Positions 18,554-28,128 of a stretch of DNA of 64,000 bases are shown piece by piece. Location: the NCBI GenBank assembly GCA_003104935.1, contig PQAE01000005.1:2034-66033 (forward strand). The letters run 5' to 3'. Below the pieces are notes generated by a model. The model ran no database searches, was not told where the DNA came from, and was given only the letters and a program-made list of their open reading frames with translations. This stretch comes from Parcubacteria group bacterium. GTDB lineage: Bacteria > Patescibacteriota > Patescibacteriia > UBA1558 > GWA2-36-10. How positions within the stretch are numbered: the first letter of the stretch is position 1; the number at the start of each line of letters is the position of its first letter. Both the position numbers and the translations under genes were made by a program.

Positions 18554-19603
18554 TTAGACCGTAAAACCATAGGCAACAAATGAGAGTCCCGCACCAAAGG
18601 CAAACGCCACTACTAGTTCACCCTGTTTAATCACTCCGCTTTTTACTCCGGCGGATATCAGCTGTCCAGTGCTGGCACCACTAGTATTTCCAGTGGTTTC
18701 CACGTGACGGTGAACACGCCCCCTAAATTCTGGCCAACGTTTTCTAAGCTTGGCTTCCAACAAATCCAGGGTGGGTCCGCTTGGCTGGTGTGGTACCAGA
18801 TGATCGATGTCAGACGGCTTGATACCGGCCGCTTCTACGGCGCCCACTAGCGCCTCGACCACCACTCGACCGACAAACTTGTGAACGGCATTTCCGTCCT
18901 GCCGAAAACCACTGGCAGTTTTCACGATTTTGTCGATCTGCCCGTCAAAAGGCAATGATTGGCCATCGAAAAAGACAAAGGCCTCTCTTTCGGTCTGTCC
19001 CAATAGAAAGGCATAGGCGCCTGCGCCAAAGAGATTGCTGCCCCGCCAATCATCATAACCCGTCAGCAGGGTGGCGTCCTCGGCACAAACCACTAGTGCC
19101 CGACGACAAACACTGGAGCGAATCCAGTCCCAGCCATCAAAGACAGCTAGAGGGCCCACCGAACAGGCTTCGGCCACATCGTAGGCCATGGCACGCGACG
19201 GCTGTCCCAAACCTAGTTTGATGTGATCAGCCAAACTAGGGTAGCCCGGGCCGGTGTTGGTCCCGCCGATGATGACATCCAGCTGATCCGGCCGCACCCC
19301 AGCCTGAGCCAGACACTTTCTGGCGGCGATAACGGCCAACTCAACGACAGAGCCACTGAAGAAAATCCGCTCCCGGATCTTGGTTTGCGCCACCCACTTT
19401 TCTGCTGCGGCCTCAATGTCCTCGGTTGACCAGGGTGGCTCGCTTCCGAAAAGGCTCCGCCTTCCATCCACGGACATCATGTCTCGGATAAAAGCGTCTT
19501 GCGTCACCACTCGAAAACGGGGGTCGTCACTGATTTCAGTGTGACCATAGCCGATGATTCCGACCGACTGACCCAAAGGCAGAAACTTCACCTTACAAAA
19601 CAT
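18554..19603 (-). CDS. FabH-like 3-oxoacyl-ACP synthase III family protein
   Basis: Catalytic Cys (AEACS), His (PHQPS), Asn (GNTSGAS), FGAGL; SD AGGAGAGGAG. Confidence 0.88.
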   Translation of the reverse strand: MFCKVKFLPLGQSVGIIGYGHTEISDDPRFRVVTQDAFIRDMMSVDGRRSLFGSEPPWSTEDIEAAAEKWVAQTKIRERIFFSGSVVELAVIAARKCLAQAGVRPDQLDVIIGGTNTGPGYPSLADHIKLGLGQPSRAMAYDVAEACSVGPLAVFDGWDWIRSSVCRRALVVCAEDATLLTGYDDWRGSNLFGAGAYAFLLGQTEREAFVFFDGQSLPFDGQIDKIVKTASGFRQDGNAVHKFVGRVVVEALVGAVEAAGIKPSDIDHLVPHQPSGPTLDLLEAKLRKRWPEFRGRVHRHVETTGNTSGASTGQLISAGVKSGVIKQGELVVAFAFGAGLSFVAYGFTV

Positions 19604-19706
19604 CTGGTACTCCTCTCCTTGCCTGAGTTTTTTGCTTGATAGGGTTTTGAAAAGAACTTCTACTATCTTAGCTAACGCTGTAATTTAACCCCTATTAGTA
19701 AAAATG

Positions 19707-22463
19707 TCAAAGGTTGCCCGTGTTGGTCCGTTTTTGATATCTGTATTTTTTGATTACCTTAAAAACAATTAGAATTACTATGAGCCCTAATAGTGTCACT
19801 AAAAAATATTTTACTTTTCGCTGACTACTGCTTATTTGCGTGGTGGTAGTATTTTGCTCAGAAGAATTATCAGCCGCTATTTGTGTACCTAGAACTTGCT
19901 GGGCAAGCAAAATATCATCTTTATTTTTCACTAAAAGTTTCCAGCCGTTTTTAGTATTTTGCAAAATTCCATTCACCACGATCTCGTTTCCCTTAACTAT
20001 AGCTAAATCCTTACAATCAAAATCTAGATAAGCACGCACGGCATAATCCTCGCCGACACTGCTGGCCAGATAAATATTTTTTCCGTTCTTTTTAACGACA
20101 TACCCGCTCAGACTTATAAATGAGTTGGCTAAATCATCGCCCAAAGTGTCTAGATCAGTCAGCTCTGGCTTAAGCAAATCTTGATGCTCACCGGTCAAGA
20201 CTAATTGCTCCTTTGATTTGATTTTTAGACGTGGCCCACTGTCATTGTTACTGAGCTGTCCGCTTATGGTTAATATGTCTCCTACTTTAATGTCCGGCCA
20301 TTTCTTATTGGCTAAATATATTTCCACTACTTGATTATAATCAACGCCCTGGTCGCTAAGTCTAACAGTATATAAATTACTACTTTGCGGATTTGTATTC
20401 TGCAGAGATACGAGTTCCAGCCAGATTTCACTTTGATTTTTTAACTCTTGTAGATCAGTTGTAGGACTCAGGGCAAATTCGGTTGCCGTTGCAATATTAG
20501 CGCCGCCCGGACTGGGTACGGTGCTAATAAACCATTCTTGATTTAATAGATCCCAGGCCTGGCTCTGACCCTCGGGAATCTGGCTATAATCCGCTTGTTG
20601 CCAGACATCACCCAAGGGCGTTAATAGTCTGACGCTGTCTCCCTGATTGTTTAAAGATATTTTGCTGTCTTTTTTATTGACCACCAAAAAAGAACCGGCC
20701 GCTATGGTGCTACTGGCCAAAAAGACATAAGGATTACTTCCGCCGGCGGCGTCGTCTAGTTGCCAGCCGGTTAACTTTATATTTTGCGTTGAGTTGTTAT
20801 ATAATTCTATCCATTCACTGTCGTCGCTACCAACCGGATCGGGCAGAAACTCCGAAATTATTAAGTCGCCCAGGGCAAAGTTAATAGGTGCTACCTCGGA
20901 CAGTAATATTTTTTCTTCTTTTCCTTCTATGGTTATGGGCAGAGTAATCCCGTTTTCTAATCCGCCCGCATCTTTGACTTTTAGATGCACAGCGAAAGTG
21001 CCGGCTGTTTCGTAAATATGATTTTCTATTTTTTCATCACCAGTATTATCGTCGCCAAAATCCCACTGATAAATCAGTTTACTTTCTTCGGGATCACTAG
21101 ACTCCTCGGCCGACAAAACTATCTTTTCGCCGGCTAAAAATTTACCCGAATTTATTTTTATCTTGGCTGTTGGCGCCTGGTTCGCCACAAAGATATTGGC
21201 CTGTCCCGGGGTGGGACTACTAGTCCAACTAAAGCTATCGTTTTGCCTGGCATATGACTTGCCCTCGGGAGCATTGTCCTGATAAGTGACGGTTTCGACC
21301 AAACCGCCGTTAGGATCATATAATTTTACAGCATCTCCGCCACTATTATTTAGTGACAAACCAGTTTCATCTTTGTAGAACAAGGCATAACTTTGGGCAC
21401 TAATAAGTCTTTCGCCAATAGTAAAAATTTTGGTAGAATTATCTTGCAAAGCAAACCCGGACAGATCCAAGGTAGCCGCTCCCTGATTAAAAAGCTCAAT
21501 CCATTCCCCATCATCCGGCCCTTTGGGGTTAGGTAAAAACTCCGCGATCCGTATTTGCGACCAGCTATAGGTATTATTGGGGCCGTTGCCGGCGCTACTG
21601 CCGCCACCGCTATTATTACCACTCTCTTCCGTCGGTTCCTCGGCACTTACTTCTACGCTGCAGGCGTCCTGACTTTCTAAATTATTTATGCCGATTTTCA
21701 AAATGACCTGATAAGTACCAGCTGATGCAAAAACGTGATTAGCGATTGTAGAAGTAGCTGTCTGGTTATCACTAAAGCTCCATTCGTAAATAGCTATCTC
21801 GTTAGCCGGTATTACTGACCCACTGGCGTCAAAGATTCCACTCTCTCCGACTGATAGGCCGCTCGGGCAGGTTGCCTTGGCTGCCAGCACCGGCAACGGC
21901 ACTACTGGCGCATGCGAAATATTTGCTTGTCCCGGACTGCCTCCAACTATAGAACTTTCTTGCCAATTACTAGTAGTGTCGTTGTCATTTAAATTTATTT
22001 TTTCTATGCTAAATCCATTACCCTCACCTCCCCAAGCAGAATCATAATTTACTAGTGCACTCAAAGTTGCACCGCCATCTAAACTCAATCCTAGGTTTCC
22101 GACAGTATTGGGGAGGATCATCACTGTATCAAAAACCGTACCGCTATAGGTAGGATAATCTTGCAAAAACTGCTGACCATCATCGGCCAGAATAAAATAC
22201 TCTGAGGCGGCAATAGTGGTGGTGCCTTGAGCCAAGGACAATGTATGATTGGATCCGTCGAAAAACCTCCATGCCTGTTTTGACGAACCCAGTAATGCCG
22301 CTGTCGGCCCACCACTATTAAAGATCTCCACCCACTCGTGGCTCTGGTCCGATGCCGGCCAATCATACATTACCTCGGAAAATACCAGGCCTTCGGCCCC
22401 GGTCCCAGTGGGCTGAGCTAAAAGAAAAATAATTAGCTCTAAAAACAAAATCGCTTTCTTCAT
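19707..22463 (-). CDS. Surface protein with 3 lamin-tail domains, 2 PKD domains, OB-like region and C-terminal TM
   Basis: Signal peptide; repeated SE(F/V)..P...EW(I/V)E(L/I)(F/Y)N...(T/S)PG; Y.W.FGD PKD motifs. Confidence 0.82.
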   Translation of the reverse strand: MKKAILFLELIIFLLAQPTGTGAEGLVFSEVMYDWPASDQSHEWVEIFNSGGPTAALLGSSKQAWRFFDGSNHTLSLAQGTTTIAASEYFILADDGQQFLQDYPTYSGTVFDTVMILPNTVGNLGLSLDGGATLSALVNYDSAWGGEGNGFSIEKINLNDNDTTSNWQESSIVGGSPGQANISHAPVVPLPVLAAKATCPSGLSVGESGIFDASGSVIPANEIAIYEWSFSDNQTATSTIANHVFASAGTYQVILKIGINNLESQDACSVEVSAEEPTEESGNNSGGGSSAGNGPNNTYSWSQIRIAEFLPNPKGPDDGEWIELFNQGAATLDLSGFALQDNSTKIFTIGERLISAQSYALFYKDETGLSLNNSGGDAVKLYDPNGGLVETVTYQDNAPEGKSYARQNDSFSWTSSPTPGQANIFVANQAPTAKIKINSGKFLAGEKIVLSAEESSDPEESKLIYQWDFGDDNTGDEKIENHIYETAGTFAVHLKVKDAGGLENGITLPITIEGKEEKILLSEVAPINFALGDLIISEFLPDPVGSDDSEWIELYNNSTQNIKLTGWQLDDAAGGSNPYVFLASSTIAAGSFLVVNKKDSKISLNNQGDSVRLLTPLGDVWQQADYSQIPEGQSQAWDLLNQEWFISTVPSPGGANIATATEFALSPTTDLQELKNQSEIWLELVSLQNTNPQSSNLYTVRLSDQGVDYNQVVEIYLANKKWPDIKVGDILTISGQLSNNDSGPRLKIKSKEQLVLTGEHQDLLKPELTDLDTLGDDLANSFISLSGYVVKKNGKNIYLASSVGEDYAVRAYLDFDCKDLAIVKGNEIVVNGILQNTKNGWKLLVKNKDDILLAQQVLGTQIAADNSSEQNTTTTQISSSQRKVKYFLVTLLGLIVILIVFKVIKKYRYQKRTNTGNL

Positions 22464-22531
22464 ATATTTCTTGCCGCCTTGGCAAAGGCCCAAAGTCGCA
22501 GGCCGCTCTTTGGACCTTTACCAAATAACGA

Positions 22532-22957
22532 TTAATCTTCTTGAATTTCTTCGACGTCTACTTCTTCTTTGGCGGTTTCATCGCCTTTGACAGTTTTTTT
22601 ATTACTCCCGCCCAACATAATCAAATCTGAGGCGACTATCTCGGTCATATATTTCTTGTTTTTATTTTTGTCCTCCCAGGACCGGTTTTGCAAACGGCCC
22701 TCTAAAAAAACTTTTGATCCTTTTTTTAAATAGGTTAGGATAATATCGGCCAAGCGCCCCCAGGCCACTATCCGGTGAAAATCCACCCGGCTCTTCTTAG
22801 CTTTAGTTTTAAAATCCTGCCAATAATAGTTGGTGGCAACCGAAAAAGTGGCGGCCCTCTGCCCTGAAGGCAGACTGCGACTGATCGGGTCACTGGCCAG
22901 ATTACCGATCAGACTGGTTTTGTTTAAGTCCATTTTACTTTTCTCCTCTCTAACCAT
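22532..22957 (-). CDS. ssb: Single-stranded DNA-binding protein (start may be 22933)
   Basis: LNKTSLIGNL..DP, FHRIVAWG, LKKGSKVFLEGRLQNRSW. Confidence 0.94.
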   Translation of the reverse strand: MVREEKSKMDLNKTSLIGNLASDPISRSLPSGQRAATFSVATNYYWQDFKTKAKKSRVDFHRIVAWGRLADIILTYLKKGSKVFLEGRLQNRSWEDKNKNKKYMTEIVASDLIMLGGSNKKTVKGDETAKEEVDVEEIQED

Positions 22958-23035
22958 CCCTTTATAGCGTTGGATGGTTTTTTAATTAATTATTATTCAT
23001 CTTGACAAAGTGTATATTTTATTTTATTATTGAAA

Positions 23036-23105
23036 TGAGGCTAACATTGTTAGCTCTCAAAATCGCTTTTCTTCGCAAAGACTCCCTCCGGGGAGTCTTT
23101 GTTTT
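23036..23105 (+). ncRNA. Candidate ~70-nt two-hairpin RNA
   Basis: TTGACA-17-TATTAT 23002-23030; hairpin 23036-23059; terminator 23076-23105. Confidence 0.35.
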
Positions 23106-23237
23106 AAATAAAAAAACAAACAGGGCGGTGCCTGCTTTAAAATTATACTATAGCCAAGAATGCTCATTGCTTTTCTTCTTTGTACGGCCGTCGCTAAAAA
23201 CTTCGACGGCTTAGTACTCCACTATAGCAAATCCTTT

Positions 23238-23831
23238 TTATCTGTCAAGGGCTTTTAAAAAACTATGCCGGTGCAGAGGAGAAAACCCGTGAGCCCGGAT
23301 ATTTTTCAGGTGCTCTTTGGTGCCGTATCCTTTATGCCTGGCAAAACCATATTGCGGATATTTTTTATGCCACTTGCCCATCAGATTATCCCGGAAGACC
23401 TTGGCTACGATTGAAGCCGCCGCGATCTCCTGATACAACTCGTCCCCTTTCTTAAAAAATTTTATTTCAGTATCGGCGCTCAAATATTTCTTTGCTCCTC
23501 CCACATAGTCGGCTATAATATTTACACTATCTATAGGCCGTTTAGCCAGCAACTTATTTATCGCTTTCTCCATTACCCGGATATTGGCCATTTGGATGCC
23601 GTGGCGGTCAATATATTTATTGCTGAGTGCCTGAATCTGCCAGTCAAAATTGCCGGTTATTAAAAGAAAAAGTATCTGCCTTTGTCTAGCTGTTAATAGT
23701 TTAGAATCTTTTACCTTAGCCAAAATTAGTCTTTCTTTACGAAATCCGCGGCAAAGTACAGCCGCGGCTACGATCGGGCCGGCTACAGCACCCCGCCCTA
23801 CTTCATCACTGGCAATTATTGCCTCAGACAT
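23238..23831 (-). CDS. rnhB: Ribonuclease HII
   Basis: DEVGRGAVAGP, DSKLL, KGD..IAAASIVAKVFRD, HKGYGT. Confidence 0.95.
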   Translation of the reverse strand: MSEAIIASDEVGRGAVAGPIVAAAVLCRGFRKERLILAKVKDSKLLTARQRQILFLLITGNFDWQIQALSNKYIDRHGIQMANIRVMEKAINKLLAKRPIDSVNIIADYVGGAKKYLSADTEIKFFKKGDELYQEIAAASIVAKVFRDNLMGKWHKKYPQYGFARHKGYGTKEHLKNIRAHGFSPLHRHSFLKALDR

Positions 23832-23952
23832 ACCTTTATTATAGCGCATTTTGTATTGACAAAGTATAGAAATAGGTTTAGAGTAAAATATCGTTTCGTT
23901 CGTTCCCGTTTGTAGCCTTGAGTCGGTTAAATTGGCTTGGGAGGTTGTGGTG

Positions 23953-24240
23953 ATGAGTGTCCGCGTACATGGAAACGTTCTTAGGATTGAGGTCAGCTGT
24001 CGCGCAGCAGAAGAATGCGTGCCCGATGATTACCCCCACCCTCTTTGCCGGGAGGTCTGTAGCGCCCGGGTCTGTGACCCGACCAGAAACGAGTTTGTCT
24101 GCAATTACTTCGAGTTCCGAATCTGGCCGAAAAGCCCCCGTCCCAAAAAACACATCGGACTGCGCAAGGTGCGCAAGATGCGGGTTAACCGCTTCGATAA
24201 TCACGTGATTCACGTGATCGACGAGTTCGGCCAAGTCTAA
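23953..24240 (+). CDS. Hypothetical Cys-rich 95-aa protein (islet)
   Basis: TTGACA-17-TAGAGT 23856-23884, SD GGGAGG, terminator ~24255-24302. Confidence 0.6.
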   Translation: MSVRVHGNVLRIEVSCRAAEECVPDDYPHPLCREVCSARVCDPTRNEFVCNYFEFRIWPKSPRPKKHIGLRKVRKMRVNRFDNHVIHVIDEFGQV

Positions 24241-24316
24241 TTCTTGGCCAACCAAAAAGCCACCCAATGATAAACTCTTCTAGAGAACAACGGGTGGCTT
24301 TTGCTTGACTACAAAA

Positions 24317-25546
24317 TTATGATCTGATGAGCGTTGCCTTAGCTATCCTCTCCAGGGCGGTGATAAAAGCGCTGGTACGTAAATCAACATTATATTTTTT
24401 GGCTATCACACTTACCGCCGACCATGCAGCGCTCATTTTCTCCTCAAGTTCGCTGGCCACTTCTTCTTCGCTCCAATAATCGTTGGAAAGATTTTGCAAC
24501 CACTCAAAATAAGAAACAGTTACCCCGCCGGCATTGGCTAAGACATCTGGTACAACTATTTTTTTATTAATCCGAAGTATTTCATCGGCTTCCGGCGTCG
24601 TGGGCCCGTTGGCTAATTCTAAAATAATTTTAGCCCTGATGCTGGCGGCGTTTTCTTTTGTGATTTGATTTTCCAAAGCGGCGGGAATTAACACATCAAC
24701 AGGTAAAGAAAAGATTTCTTCCGGTAGCATATCCTGGCTCCCCGCCAGTCCGGATAAAGAGCTGTTTTTTATTTTATGCTCTGTGGCCTCTTTAATATTA
24801 ATGCCCTGCGGATTATAAATCGTGGACCGCGAATCAGCCAGGGCAACTACTTTATAACCCGCCGCTTCCAATTGCTCGGCCATGACGCTGCCGGCATTGC
24901 CAAATCCTTGTATAGCTACCTTAGTGTGTTTTGCTTCTAATCCTAATTCAGACACGGCCGCGCTCAAAACATAAAATCCTCCGGTTGCTGTGGCTGTACC
25001 TCGACCCTTTGATCCGCCAAACTCCACTGGTTTGCCAGTTACCACTCCCAGGGACGGCACGCCAACTAACTGGGAATACTCATCGGCCATCCATGCCATG
25101 ATTTGAGGTGTGGTATAGACATCTGGTGCCGGAATGTCTTTGTATGGTCCGATTACTTCACGAAAAGCCCTAACCCAGGCGCGGGATAATTTTTCAATTT
25201 CTTTCTGACTGAGAGATTTAGGATCCACAACAACTCCTCCCTTACCCCCACCCATAGGAATATCGACCACGGCACATTTGATGGTCATCCAAAAACCAAG
25301 GGCTTTGACCTCGTCTAAATTTACTTGGGGATGAAAACGGATTCCTCCTTTGTATGGTCCGCGAGCGCTGTTATATTGCACCCGGTAGGCCTCAAATATT
25401 TTCAAACTACCGTCGTCCATAATCACCGGTAGGTTGGCCATGACCACTTTTTCCGGCGCGCTGAGCCGAGCTAAAACATCTTTATTTAAATCCATCAGGC
25501 GGGAAGCTTTTTCCAGCTGCCGCATGGCATTATCGTAAGCATTCAT
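24317..25546 (-). CDS. gdhA: Glu/Leu/Phe/Val dehydrogenase (glutamate dehydrogenase)
   Basis: GPYKGGIRFHP, GGGKGG, PAPDV, QGFGNAG, ELANGP, ANAGGV. Confidence 0.93.
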   Translation of the reverse strand: MNAYDNAMRQLEKASRLMDLNKDVLARLSAPEKVVMANLPVIMDDGSLKIFEAYRVQYNSARGPYKGGIRFHPQVNLDEVKALGFWMTIKCAVVDIPMGGGKGGVVVDPKSLSQKEIEKLSRAWVRAFREVIGPYKDIPAPDVYTTPQIMAWMADEYSQLVGVPSLGVVTGKPVEFGGSKGRGTATATGGFYVLSAAVSELGLEAKHTKVAIQGFGNAGSVMAEQLEAAGYKVVALADSRSTIYNPQGINIKEATEHKIKNSSLSGLAGSQDMLPEEIFSLPVDVLIPAALENQITKENAASIRAKIILELANGPTTPEADEILRINKKIVVPDVLANAGGVTVSYFEWLQNLSNDYWSEEEVASELEEKMSAAWSAVSVIAKKYNVDLRTSAFITALERIAKATLIRS

Positions 25547-25550
25547 ATTT

Positions 25551-26510
25551 TTAGCTTCTTATTTTTTTAGGTGTCCAGTCAGGCAAAACTGGCTTATTCC
25601 CCTGCAGATAACGGTAAGCCTGCAGAGCGGCCTTGGCGCCTTCGCCGGCAGAAATAACTACCTGTTTATAAGTAATTTCGGAAATATCGCCGGCGGCAAA
25701 AACGCCCGGCAGAGAGCTCTCGCAGTCGCGGGAAATAATAACCTCTTTTCTGTCGTTCAGCTCCACCACGCCCTCAAGCCACCTGGTATTCGCAATATGA
25801 CCAATCTCTATGAATATGCCGCTGACCGCGATTTCCTTTTCCTGATCATTATTAGTTTTGTAAACCAAGGCCTCCACCCGTTTTTCGCCTTTGATGACAG
25901 AGGTAGTCGCGTTAAAAATAATTTCCACATTTCCCGCGGCTCTGACCTGATCGACCAAAATTTGTTCGCCGCGAAACTTATCGCCCCGGAGAATCATATA
26001 AACCTTCTGGGCCACCTTTGACAAATATTCGGCCGCATCCAGGGCGGCATTGCCGCCTCCGATGACGACGACGTTTTTATTTTTATAAAGCGGCCCGTCG
26101 CAAGTAGCACAATAGCTCACTCCTTTGCCGGTGAGTTCTTTTTCACCGGGCACCTCCAGATTGCGCGGCGACAGACCAAAGGCCAAGATAACGGCCTTGG
26201 CCTCAATAATACTTTTATCCCCCAACTCCACCTGAAAAATATTTTCCCTTTTTTTAAGTCCCACTACCTCGGCAAAAAGCCAGTCGCTACCGAAATTCAT
26301 TGCCTGTTTTTTAAATTTTTCGGTTAACTCCATTCCGCCGACGCTTTCAAAGCCGGGATAGTTTTCAATCTCATCTGTCATCGCTGCCTGGCCGCCGACG
26401 TCCCGGGAGACGATGATAGTTTTTAAGGCGCGCCGGCAGGTATAGATCGCTGCGGACAGTCCGGCCGGACCGCCCCCGACCACTACGACATCGTATTGTT
26501 TGTCTGGCAT
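25551..26510 (-). CDS. trxB: Thioredoxin reductase
   Basis: GGGPAG, CATCDG, GGGNAA, FAAGD. Confidence 0.95.
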   Translation of the reverse strand: MPDKQYDVVVVGGGPAGLSAAIYTCRRALKTIIVSRDVGGQAAMTDEIENYPGFESVGGMELTEKFKKQAMNFGSDWLFAEVVGLKKRENIFQVELGDKSIIEAKAVILAFGLSPRNLEVPGEKELTGKGVSYCATCDGPLYKNKNVVVIGGGNAALDAAEYLSKVAQKVYMILRGDKFRGEQILVDQVRAAGNVEIIFNATTSVIKGEKRVEALVYKTNNDQEKEIAVSGIFIEIGHIANTRWLEGVVELNDRKEVIISRDCESSLPGVFAAGDISEITYKQVVISAGEGAKAALQAYRYLQGNKPVLPDWTPKKIRS

Positions 26511-26515
26511 AAAAA

Positions 26516-26842
26516 TTAAGCTAGATGCTTATTAATTATTTTCAAAAGAGCGTCCTTGTTTTGCAAACCGATTAATTCCTCTACCGGCTGTCCGTTTTTA
26601 AAAATTTTAAGAGTAGGAATACTCATTATCTCATGCTCATTAGCGGTAACCTGATTTTCGTCCACATTAACCTTGGCAATTCTTATTTTACTATTGCCGG
26701 CCAACTCCTTGGCTAACTCCTCCACGATCGGACCCTGCATTTTGCAGGGGCCACACCAAACAGCCCAAAAATCTACTAGGGCCACGCCCCGAAAATCCTT
26801 AATCTGCTCCTGAAAGTTTTGATCGTTTAACTCTATAGGCAT
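26516..26842 (-). CDS. trxA: Thioredoxin
   Basis: WCGPC active site. Confidence 0.97.
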   Translation of the reverse strand: MPIELNDQNFQEQIKDFRGVALVDFWAVWCGPCKMQGPIVEELAKELAGNSKIRIAKVNVDENQVTANEHEIMSIPTLKIFKNGQPVEELIGLQNKDALLKIINKHLA

Positions 26843-26989
26843 AAATTTTTTGTTAATACCCGTAGTGCACAGAATAGTTACTATGACTATTTCCCAAGCG
26901 ACAACGGCTGTAATAAATTAAACACAAATTGATTATACAAACAATCCTGAAATCTGACTATAGCCCGCTAGCCACAAGTAAACAAACGC

Positions 26990-27253
26990 TTAAGTGATAT
27001 CAAATAAAACATCAATTAATCTGGAAAGCTCTTCTTTTTTGACCACCATCTTACGATCATAGCAACCATTTATCTTGTCGTTGACTAATAAACGGGTCAT
27101 GCTATCCAGAGAGGCTCGTGCCGCTAAAACAACGCGGATTATTTCCTCCACGCTTCTTTTTTGCTCATACATTTTCTCGATGGAGCGGACCTGCCCTTCG
27201 ATACGATGCAGTTGGGCAAATATTTTTTTTGGCTGACAGACTAGTTTCTTCAT
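26990..27253 (-). CDS. CsoR/RcnR-family repressor
   Basis: LHRIEGQVRSIEKM...AARASL signature. Confidence 0.85.
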   Translation of the reverse strand: MKKLVCQPKKIFAQLHRIEGQVRSIEKMYEQKRSVEEIIRVVLAARASLDSMTRLLVNDKINGCYDRKMVVKKEELSRLIDVLFDIT

Positions 27254-27255
27254 AC

Positions 27256-27299
27256 ATACCCTATGGGGGTATATTAGCAATATCTTTCCCGACTGTCAA
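27256..27299 (-). promoter_or_regulatory. CsoR-type operator overlapping the promoter
   Basis: Palindrome ATACCCTATGGGGGTAT 27256-27272 directly after TTGACA-17-TAATAT. Confidence 0.75.
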
Positions 27300-27356
27300 G
27301 CATTACCAACCAAGCGCCCTATTTTCAATACTACTGACAAGTGCTATGCTTAGATT

Positions 27357-27562
27357 GTTTTTTGTTCTAGTCAAGCTGGTTGATGAGCTTTTCGCCCCCC
27401 TGGGCTCAAAACCGGCTGTTGGGCGCCAGATCCTTCATTTCTATGGTGTGACACCTCCTGAACACTCACTACCTCCGGGAAGAAACTTGACTAAGCGAAA
27501 TGCTAGGCATACTGGCGCCCATCTTTAATAAAGCCGAGATCACCACTGGTCTCGGCTTTACA
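27357..27562 (+). ncRNA. Candidate structured RNA with C-rich motifs
   Basis: Extended -10 TGcTATGCT; stems 27374-27417 and 27420-27429/27512-27521; terminator 27529-27560. Confidence 0.5.
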
Positions 27563-27621
27563 TTAAAAAACAACGCAGATACGGCGTCGCTTAAATTAAA
27601 TTAAGAAATCAATCAACACCT

Positions 27622-27876
27622 TTAAAAATACTTTTTCTTGATTAGCATCAATTTATCTTCTCTTTTTAGATTCTTTATATGCCTTTCCCTTCTCAGGGCA
27701 TCTTTTTTCGTCGTAAATTCCTCAAAATATACTATTTTTATCGGTCTCCGTGATCTTGTATAGACCGCGCCACAACCAAGATTGTGGATTGTTTCACGTC
27801 GCTTTAAATCAATTGTGTAACCGGTATACAGGGACTTGTCCGCGCATCTTGCTATGTATACGAAATATTTATCCAT
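27622..27876 (-). CDS. Small GIY-YIG nuclease (UPF0213/YhbQ-like)
   Basis: YFVYIARCADKSLYTGYT..RR...HN.G.GAVYTRSRRP...ERHIK. Confidence 0.92.
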   Translation of the reverse strand: MDKYFVYIARCADKSLYTGYTIDLKRRETIHNLGCGAVYTRSRRPIKIVYFEEFTTKKDALRRERHIKNLKREDKLMLIKKKYF

Positions 27877-27968
27877 AATCATGATGAGAAATATATTATG
27901 AGTACCCCATCCAACAAAGGCGACCGAGGTGAACAGTGTGAATGTAGGTCGTGGTCCTAGAGGCATTG

Positions 27969-28043
27969 TGGTGACCCCAGCAGGAATCGAACCTGCATCT
28001 AGAACTTAGGAGATTCTCGTTCTATCCATTGAACTATGGGGTC
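27969..28043 (-). tRNA. tRNA-Arg(CCT)
   Basis: AGAAT-CTCCTAA-GTTCT anticodon arm, GTTCGA, CCA. Confidence 0.95.
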
Positions 28044-28098
28044 AAGTGGAATTATTGATTATAATTAGACTTATTCAAACGTCAGAGTGTGTCCATTG

Positions 28099-28128
28099 CC
28101 CGCCAGGGGCGGGTCAGCTATTGGTTGA
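28099..28128. mobile_element. 30-nt double-hairpin element inside a duplicated tRNA-Arg fragment
   Basis: CCCGCC-AGG-GGCGGG + TCAGCT-ATT-GGTTGA splits TCCATTG^AACTATGGG, a copy of 28025-28040. Confidence 0.75.

Noticed and set aside
23878-24267. Minus-strand 129-aa ORF
   Set aside because: Promoter, SD and terminator support the plus-strand frame.
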